From a virus (lineage: Duplodnaviria > Caudoviricetes): DNA of 64,000 nt. The stretch lies in IMG/VR virus record IMGVR_UViG_3300005673_000131, positions 78 through 64,077 of that record; one strand, 5' to 3'. Of this stretch, positions 10,006 to 18,900 are shown in pieces. How positions within the stretch are numbered: the first letter of the stretch is position 1; each line of letters starts with the position of its first letter. The position numbers and the translations under genes were made by a program. The notes below the pieces were generated by a model. The model did not search any database and was not told where the DNA came from. It worked only from the letters and a program-made list of their open reading frames with translations.

Positions 10006-10959
10006 ATGGCCGTGATTACATCCGCCGTTGTCGCTGTCAGTGCTGCCGCGCTGTCAATGGGAGCCGTCGCGACCGGCATCGCAACCGTGGCGACCGTCAC
10101 GACCGTGGCCGCCGTGGTTGGTGGTATCGGCCTCGCGGTCGGTGTCGTCGGCGCCGTCACCAAGAATAAGGATCTGATCAAGGTTGGCAGCATCATGGGG
10201 GCGCTCGGCGCTGGTGCGGGCATCGGCGCTATGGCCGCTGGAGCGCTCGGGCTGGCCCCTGCGGCGGCATCCAGCGGTGGGGTCGCGGCTGGAGAGGCCG
10301 GGAAGAGTGCGGCGGTGTCATCGGCTATGGAGACCGGCAAGGCCGGTACGACGACGGCAGCCGGGAATGTCATCACGCAATCGACGACTTCGGCGACTAG
10401 TGTCATCAACCCCACGGTCGGCAGTACGGTGACCGGCTCGCTCCCGGCCAGTACAACGGCTCTTCCTGGAGCCGCAACGGGCACATCGGCCCTTTCTCAA
10501 GCCGTGACAGGCGCGAACGCGGCCGGACAGGTCGCGTCTCAAGTGGTGCCGACTCCAGGGGTCGATGCGCCAATGCCAACTATGCAAGGCACGAGTGCGC
10601 CTATTCAAGGCACCGTGGCCCCCAGCATCACTCCTGCAGGGCTGCAGCAAGAAGCGCTAGGTCGGCAAATTGTTGCCAGCGGGATGTTGGCCAATACAAA
10701 TCCAGCCGTCACGACAGATAAAGGGTTTTGGGCCTCACTTGACCCTACAAGCAAACTCATGGCGGGATTGGCTGGGACCCAAGTCGTCGGCAGCACCATC
10801 GGCGGCATGTTTCAAGGACAATCGGCATCCAACGCCCTGGAGTTGCAGAAACGCCAGATGGACCAAGATCAGGCGCAGCGCGAACTGATCAATAAGAACA
10901 ATGCCTACGCACCGCTCCTCACGTATGGGCGACCGTCCGGCATGGTAGGGAGGGCCTAG
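10006..10959 (+). CDS. Ejection protein with hydrophobic Gly/Ala-rich N-terminus
   Basis: Long small-residue hydrophobic helices at the N-terminus; position in operon. Confidence 0.6.
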   Translation: MAVITSAVVAVSAAALSMGAVATGIATVATVTTVAAVVGGIGLAVGVVGAVTKNKDLIKVGSIMGALGAGAGIGAMAAGALGLAPAAASSGGVAAGEAGKSAAVSSAMETGKAGTTTAAGNVITQSTTSATSVINPTVGSTVTGSLPASTTALPGAATGTSALSQAVTGANAAGQVASQVVPTPGVDAPMPTMQGTSAPIQGTVAPSITPAGLQQEALGRQIVASGMLANTNPAVTTDKGFWASLDPTSKLMAGLAGTQVVGSTIGGMFQGQSASNALELQKRQMDQDQAQRELINKNNAYAPLLTYGRPSGMVGRA

Positions 10960-10961
10960 CA

Positions 10962-11492
10962 ATGGCAGGAATGGTGCAGCAAGTCCAAGATCCGCTGCTG
11001 AAGAAAACGATTCAGCAGATCGAGTCCTCGAAAATGGACCCCGCGATGCGCAAAAGCTATGACCAGATCGTGGCGGCCGGCATGAAAGTCATGTGGTCTG
11101 ACGGAGAAGTCTTCCAGCGCGAACGCGATCAGGCCTTGGCGCAGATCAATGGGCCGGAGGATGTGCCGCGGGTAATCGCGCATGTGGCGGTGAAAGTCAT
11201 GGCCATTGTCCAGAACGAGAGTAAGCAGAAGGATATTTTGCTGGCCGCTGGACCGGCGACGATCCTGTTCATGTGTCACGCCTTGGAGTTTGTCGAGGCG
11301 GCCAAGAAGATCCAGGTCACGGAAGACATGCTCGCGGAGACGGCCAGTCTCACGAAAGAAGGGCTCATGGATCTCTACAAGATCACGCCGGATGTGCTGC
11401 AGAAGATCGCGCAAGGGAACGGTAAGCCAGGGCAGCCGCCGCAGGCTCAAGCGTCCCCATCGGTTCCGTCCACTCAACCCGTAGGAGCGTAA
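10962..11492 (+). CDS. Hypothetical protein (ejection operon)
   Basis: Tightly packed ORF of 176 aa. Confidence 0.65.
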   Translation: MAGMVQQVQDPLLKKTIQQIESSKMDPAMRKSYDQIVAAGMKVMWSDGEVFQRERDQALAQINGPEDVPRVIAHVAVKVMAIVQNESKQKDILLAAGPATILFMCHALEFVEAAKKIQVTEDMLAETASLTKEGLMDLYKITPDVLQKIAQGNGKPGQPPQAQASPSVPSTQPVGA

Positions 11493-11495
11493 GGC

Positions 11496-12953
11496 ATGGC
11501 CGCTGGGATGCTCGGGGCAGCGATGGCGTCAGGATTCGGGCAGGGGCTCGCCAATGCGTCGTCGACGGCGATGCAATTGGCTGGCACGTCCATGTTACAG
11601 CGGGAACGCGCCGACATGGAAAACAGGCGGCTCGCGCTTCTGGAGAGTTATGCCACAGCCAGAGAACAACGTGGCTATCAGCATCAGGATGAGACGCTGG
11701 CCAAGACGCAGGAGTTTCAACGCGGGCTCGAACAGGAGCGGCGCGGCGCCGACATTCTGCTTCGTGGTCAGGAGCGTGAGGCCCAATCCGCAGAGAAGGC
11801 CGCTGATCGGGCGCTCTCTCGCGAACAGCACGATGCCGCCAACGACACGACGCGACGAGGGCAGGACATTACGAAAGAGCATGGCAAGGATGTGGTGGCG
11901 GCCACCATCTCGCACAACAAGGCGACCGAGGCGCACCAAAAGGCCCTCGAGGGCATCTACCGTTCGCACTATGCCAACGAACGCGACAAGGTGAAGTCCT
12001 TCATCACTGACGAGAAGGGCACCTACTTTGCGCTCACCGAAAGCGGAGAGACGAAACCGGTGATCAATCCCATCACCAAAGAGCCAATCACGGGCACGAA
12101 GGGATTGAGCGAGGCCTCGAAGGAATTGGCCAAGCTGCACAAAGAACGTGGCGATGCGTTTTACAAATTGGCCGGCGATGCGATGGCCGGTCCTGACGAC
12201 AAGGCGAAGTACCAACAGCTGGGCGAGCAAGCGTATCAGCAGGCGGCCGTCTATCTCGGAGAGAAGCCCGTCAAGCCTTCCGGCAGCGTACAGATCAAGG
12301 ACCGATTCGCCTCCCCTGGTGGCGCTGGCGACATTGCCGAAAAACCCTCAAGCGAACCTCCTGCGCCAAGGCCACGTCCGGACAAGATTGTCCCTGCTAC
12401 ACCCTCCCCTTCTCCGTCGGCTGGGCCGACCGATGCGCTCTCCTATGGATTCGATAAGGCCAAGGAAGGCGTGGGCATGTTGGCCCAAAGAGCGCAAGAC
12501 GCGCTCATGCCGCAATCGGCGGCCTCGCCTGGACCGATCGTCAAGGAATCGAAAGAGCAGGCCTTGGCGGCCGTCAATCGCGGGGGAATATCTCCCGAAA
12601 CCGTCCTCGCGGAAAAGCAGCAAGAGGCGGATCGTCGTGCGGCGGCGGTGCAGCCGAAGCCTCCGGTTCAGGCGTCCGGATTGCTCGGGATGGCCAATGC
12701 AAACGTGCCGCCCAGCGCTGCACCGACGCGAGAGGCCCCGAAGCCGTCAACGCGCACATCTGGCATGGAGTGGGCTGAGTCGTTGCCTCCAGAAGATCAG
12801 CAATTGTTGCGCCGAATCATTGCGGAATACCAGGCCGGGAAGCGCACGCGGGACGAATTTATCAGTGGCGTGATTTCTCTCTCTGAGAACGGTACGCAAG
12901 GGCTTGCCATCGCGGAAGGCATGTTGCGCAACCTGGATCGGGGGGGCAAGTAA
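11496..12953 (+). CDS. Internal virion/ejection protein
   Basis: MAAGMLGAAMASGFGQGL N-terminus, charged coiled coil and Pro-rich linker; coupled to the polyvalent gene. Confidence 0.6.
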   Translation: MAAGMLGAAMASGFGQGLANASSTAMQLAGTSMLQRERADMENRRLALLESYATAREQRGYQHQDETLAKTQEFQRGLEQERRGADILLRGQEREAQSAEKAADRALSREQHDAANDTTRRGQDITKEHGKDVVAATISHNKATEAHQKALEGIYRSHYANERDKVKSFITDEKGTYFALTESGETKPVINPITKEPITGTKGLSEASKELAKLHKERGDAFYKLAGDAMAGPDDKAKYQQLGEQAYQQAAVYLGEKPVKPSGSVQIKDRFASPGGAGDIAEKPSSEPPAPRPRPDKIVPATPSPSPSAGPTDALSYGFDKAKEGVGMLAQRAQDALMPQSAASPGPIVKESKEQALAAVNRGGISPETVLAEKQQEADRRAAAVQPKPPVQASGLLGMANANVPPSAAPTREAPKPSTRTSGMEWAESLPPEDQQLLRRIIAEYQAGKRTRDEFISGVISLSENGTQGLAIAEGMLRNLDRGGK

Positions 12954-15900
12954 TGGCTGCCATGTCTGGCCGGTTCGAAGTCGAAGACGGCGAGATTATC
13001 GACACGCAGGAGCGTCAAATCATCTCGCTCGATCAATTCTCCAAGCTCGCCACTCCCGAAGAACAGGCGTCCGTCCGCCAACAGATCCAAGACAGTGGAT
13101 GGGCCGGCGCTGATCAGACTGACGAGGCCGACTCGCCGGTAATGGCGCGCGGCACCGTCACTCGTCCTGGCGCGACGGAGACGCCTTCCCCGCAAGAAGC
13201 GCTCCCCGCTCGGCCATCCTTGCAGCAATTCATGGAAGTGGCTAGGCAGGACAACCCCGATGTGCCGGATCGCGACTTGCGCCGGTATTGGGCCCAGAAC
13301 TACAGCGACATTGACCCCAAGACGCTGCCCTCGCTCGAATCATTTATGACGGCCGCGAAGGAGGATAATCCTGGCGTGCCGGAACAGGACTTGAAGGCGT
13401 ACTGGAATGAGAACTATGGAGACTTCGGGGCGGCGGAGAAAGACACGCATCTCGGCCTCACGGGAACACTGTGGCAAGGGGCGAAGAGTGCAGGACGGAG
13501 CCTGAAGGCAACAGGACAGGCCATCATCGGGGATGAGGCTGGTGTCGTAGATACGGCTGATGCGCAGCAGTCTGCACCAAGAGACATCGCGCTCCAAAAT
13601 CTCCTGGCCGATATTCAGAAGCGCAAGGATGCGCTCGGCAAAGACCCATCTTGGTTGGCTACCATCGGCGAAGTGGGTAAGGCCGCGCTCTCGAACCCGA
13701 AGGGTGCCGGGCTACTCCTGGCCGAACAGCTTCCCAATAGCGCCCTTGTCCTCGGAAGCGGCCTCGCGGGAGCGGCAGCCGGATCTGCCCTTGGCCCTCT
13801 CGGAACCATCGCCGGAGGTATTGCTGGACTCTTTGTGGCTAATACGGCACTGGAAACAGGCGGAAAGGTCATCGAGGCGGGGGCGGATCAGACATTTACG
13901 CCAGAAGAACGCAGTCGAACCCTGAAGGAAGGCCTCACGAAAGGCGCCGTGATTACCGGCGTGGATGTCGCCACACTTGGACTGACCAATTTCATTACCG
14001 GCACCACAGCGCGCGCAGTTGAGCGAGCGACCGTGAAAACGCTCACCGATGCTGGCGTCGATGTCACCGATCGCGCAGCGGTCATGGCGGCCACGAAGAA
14101 TCCGGACATCTTCTCGGCGGTGCAGGCCGCCCAGCAACGGGCACAGATTGCCTCCAATACGCTCGGGCAACGACTTGCCAGGGGTGGCGGGGCGATCGGA
14201 GCCGAAGCCATTGGGGAGGGAGCCGGAGAATATCTCGGCGAATATGCCGCGACCGGCAATGCCGACAAAATGGAAGCCGTGATCGAGGCCTTTGCCGGCC
14301 TGGGCCAGAGTGCCGGCGAGATTGCGGCCACGCATGGGCTGAACCGGAAGCGCGAAGCGTCGTCATTACTGCAAGGCCCAGCACCCACGCCTATTGAATC
14401 CATCCCCGAACAACTCGGGGTCGGCAATCCCTCCGTCAGCATTGATCAGGCCATCAAAAACGCGACCGGCTTACTCTCGGCGCCGGTCAGTTCGACGCGC
14501 GCGCAAGAGGACGCACTGTCCAGCAGGCTCGCGCAATTGTCCGCAACCACGTCCGCCCAACGAGAGGCGGATCGGCTCGAATCTGAACGGCAGTTGCAGG
14601 CCGGGGAACGGCTGCCGACGGCACAAGAGGCGGCGCTCCAATCCGATACCCTACCGAGAGCAGGCCAAGACATTCCCATCCTCGAAGGGGCCCAGTCTGC
14701 ACCATCGACCTTGCCGATTGCAGAACCGTCACGGCTCTGGATGCATGAAGCCGTGATCCCAGGCATTGAGCCTGGACAAGCCTTCACGCCTCGAACGGAG
14801 CCTGAGCCGGATGCCACGGAGCGTCTTGCGGAAGAACGCGCGAAGCTCGTCGCCATGCAGGAGCGCTCGAAGCCGGCATCTGACATTGCTCCAGAGGCTA
14901 TATCAGATACTCCCCCTCAATCTGACATACCGCTCCAATCCGCGGCCGACTTGGCGTATCCCCCATCGGAACGTGGGCGCGTACTTAGCCAGCAAGAGCT
15001 ACTCGAGAGAGGCAAGACGGCCTCAAAGCGTACAGCGGAGTCGGTTGCGCTAATTGATGGAGTGGATGAATCGCCGTCTGCTTCGCCCATCCTGACGGCG
15101 GCTGCGTTCTCTCCGAGACAGGCGCAACCTGCAGACTCGAAAGCCAGCATTCAGACAGAGCGAGAAAAGCTAGTGGCCATGCGCGAGCGATCGCGACCAA
15201 AGAAATCTGAAGAATCGGCGAGTCCTGACACGAGGCAGAATTCGACTCCAGAGGACGCGCCTCTTCGGTCGGCTGTCGATTTAGCCTATCCAGCCTCAGA
15301 ACGTGGGCGCATGCTCACGCAAGCAGAACTCGCGCTGCGCGACCGGATGGCCTCGAAACGTCCAGCGCAACAGGTGTCGTTATTGGAAGGGGCTCAGCCC
15401 TCCCAGGCCTCGACCATTGTCCAGGGAACGACGTTCTCCCCGAGGCAAGAGCCTGAACTGACAGCCAAAGACCGAATTGCCGACGAACGTGAGAAATTGG
15501 TCCGGATGAAGGCGACCAGACCCGCGCCAAAGCCCAGCGAGTCCACCGTGCCGCCTTCCTCCACCACTCCATCTGGCCCATTGCGCACGGCCCTGGATCG
15601 CGCCTATCCATCTGTTGCGGAACTGCACGACCTCGCGCGAGACAAAGGCTTCGATGTGGAATCGGACGTCTTCAAGACGCTCACGAAGATGTCGACCGGC
15701 AAGTCTCATCTGGATGAACTCTCGCCCGGTGCGCGTGATCGCTTCGCCGAGACGCTGAAGAAGCTCACGCCGGCCAAGACGCCGGAGATTGTCGAATCCC
15801 CCACGAAGAAGGCCTTGGCGCCCGTGAAGCCAACGGAACCATCCTCCGATGCCGTCTCCGCACCTCGAAGCGCCTTGCCTCCCGAGCAAAATGCCGAGAT

Positions 15901-18900
15901 GCTATTGCGCGCCGAGAAGGCCAGTGCCGATCTGGATGCATCTTCGCAGATACAGGATGAATCCCTGATCGACTTCCTGAAATCAAATGGCGGCCTTCAG
16001 GATCAAGGTGGCGAACTCTCGGCCATGGAAGTGGATGCGCAACGCAAGGCCTTCTCGAAGAAGCTCATCCAAGAGAAAGGCCTGACCTTGGATCAGGCGG
16101 CGGAACTAGCGCATGAAGCTGGGCATATTCCTGAGCGTGACATTGCGCTACTGCTGGATGGTATCGACAAAGAAGTGCGCGGCAAGGGCCAGCATGCCGA
16201 CTGGTATCGCGAACTCACGACGGGCCCCAAGCCGATGACACGCGAGGCCATTGATAGCGCTGTCGCCAAGATCATCGAAGATCATGGCGTCGATACCGGG
16301 AAAGCGGTCGAGCGCGTGAAGGCGGCACTCCTCAATGATCGGGAATTTGACGGGACACAATGGGGCGAAGATGCGGCGGCCATTGCGCGAGGGGACTGGC
16401 CTGCCTGGATTCCGAAACCGGACGCGCCGTCTCAGTCGGGGTCTGTTCAGACTTCTGAACCTGTGTCGGCCTCCCCTCCCACAGAGGGCACGACGACCAC
16501 TGCCCCACAGACTGAGGCGGCCACGGAAACGCCAATTGATCGAGATGCGCATGAAGCGGCCTCATCCCCGCAGAACGACCGGCCTGAACCGACAGAGGCC
16601 CAGAAAGAGGCGGGAAACTATCGCAAGGGCCACCTGAAGATTTCAGGCCTGGATATTTCAGTTGAGAATCCGCAAGGATCAACACGATCCGGAACCGATA
16701 CGAACGGCAAGCCCTGGTCCGTAACGATGCAGCATCACTATGGCTATTTCAGGGGGGCCGACTTTAAGGGCAAGGACAAAGAGCATATCGACGTGTTCGT
16801 AAAGCCTGGGACGCCTGAAGACTACTCCGGCCCTGTCTTTGTCATTGACCAGAAAGACCCTCAGTCCGGACGCTTCGACGAACATAAGACGATTCTTGGT
16901 GCCTCGTCAGCCGATGAAGCGAGGGCCATCTATCAGGCGAACTACGCGACGGATTGGAAAGGCTTTCGATCAATCAAGCAATTCACGATGCCGGAGTTTA
17001 AGCTGTGGCTGAAGGCTGGTAATAAGCAGAAGCCTGCCGGCATGGCGAAACCTGAGAAGCGATCTGTTAAGATGGCGCTCATGGCCACCGACCGGGGGCC
17101 AGGCTCTTCCCCTGACGCGCAAACACCCCCTGAGCCTGGGCGCGAGACAGTCGTCCTTTACCACGGCACAGATAGTCGCGGGGCATATGGGATTATTGAT
17201 AACGGAAGATTCAACACGAAAGTCGTATATCTGACAAATGATTACGAAGCGGCGAAAAGGTTTGGCGGTGGCGATGATGCTAAAGTATTTGAGGTTGAGG
17301 TTGATAAAAATGACTTAAAGATGGACTTTGATCTTGGGTCAGACAGCAGCATCCTTGGAGTTGCTGGGGCGAATGAATACGAAGGTAAAGACCTTACAAT
17401 AGACGAGTGGCTTGAAGAGCACGGATCTTTTGCTGTTAAATCTGATGCAATAAAATCCATCGTAGATGAGTCTGGAAATATCGTAGGAGGATCGCTCCCT
17501 AACCACTCCAGCCCGCAACAGGGCGGGCCTGGTTCGTCCAAGTCTGAAGAACCATTCAGGTTAACATCTCCCGCCAAGCAAGTTGACGCGCCTGCGCCGG
17601 AAAATTCACAAACCTCCATCGACATTCCTCCAGAAACGATTGGCTCTCGCCCCATCATCGGACGCGAGGCCACGCCGGAAGAGGCGCCATTGTTCTCGAA
17701 GGCGGCGCAAGAGCCGGAGGCACAACAGGCTGAATTGCCTGAAGAAAGTCGCGCCGATCGCGCTGAAGTTGCGCCATCTCCTACAGAGATCCTGGCCTCT
17801 GCCTTACGCACGGCGGCTGATCAGATCGAGGGGAAGAAGGCTGAACCGAAGATCGAGGATGTCGACGAGCTCAAAACCAAAGAAACCGACCAGGGCACGG
17901 CGCTCTTTTCTCAGCGTCCTGGCGGACGCACGCGCTTCTTGAGTGACGATGCCGGTACGGTGGAGGATCAGGTTGCTCAGGCCCTAGACGATGCGCTGCC
18001 GATTGGCAGCACCACATGGCACCTGCTGGATACCTCTTCCCAGTATCCAACAGAGGTTATGGAATCCATGGCGCGGCGCCCGTATGTGGCGAAGCTGGCG
18101 CGTGGCATGGCCGAGACCTTCCGCGCCATTCGCACGCGATTGCCGGCCGCGTATCGGGATGTGCGGTTTCTCGGGATCAGCCCTGACGACTATTACCAAG
18201 GGGTCTATCTGGGCAATGTATCGACCGGCTCCCCCGGGGAGATCTCCAATGTCGTCATCCTGAACCCGTATGGCATTCTCGACGCCACGCAAGCCAACAT
18301 GGCGGAAGCGAACATCCCGCCAGAACTGTTGCCGGAACAATATGCGCGGCAATTGATCGAGACCATCACTCACGAACTCACCCACCAACTCTATTCACAC
18401 GGGGAAGAAGGATCGACCGAAGACCACGCCTTCGAAAAGGCCCTTGCGGCGAATCGGGCATTGGTGCATGATGTCGCTACGCGAGAAGTTGCGCGCTGGA
18501 CTACCCTTCTGACGGAGCCGATCAATGGACAGCTTGCCGCACTCGACGAAATCGAAGTCGACCGTGACGCCCTCCGACCGTATTATGTACCAGAAGCTGG
18601 GAACGCTCTTGGCGAGGCTCGACGCCGTTCTGCTGGACGTGACGGGAGCGAGCCGATCCGCCGTGAGGCAAATCCTCGACGACGCGCAGGCCCAGGGCTT
18701 CGATCCGGAGGAGATCTATCGGAAGAAGCTGGCGGCACTGGCACGACACGGGACGAGTCGGTTCCCAGCCTACAAGGACGTCGCCCCGGCTCCGCAGGAT
18801 TCACCGACGACGACCTGAACTCACCGAATTTCCCTGGCATCCCTGCGCAACAGCAGCAGGCCGCACTGACCTACCATCTTCCGGCGATGTCGAGGATGGA

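Noticed and set aside
16108-16130. LAHEAGH HExxH-like motif in the polyvalent protein
   Set aside because: No zincin context visible; the HELTH at 18371 is the better peptidase candidate
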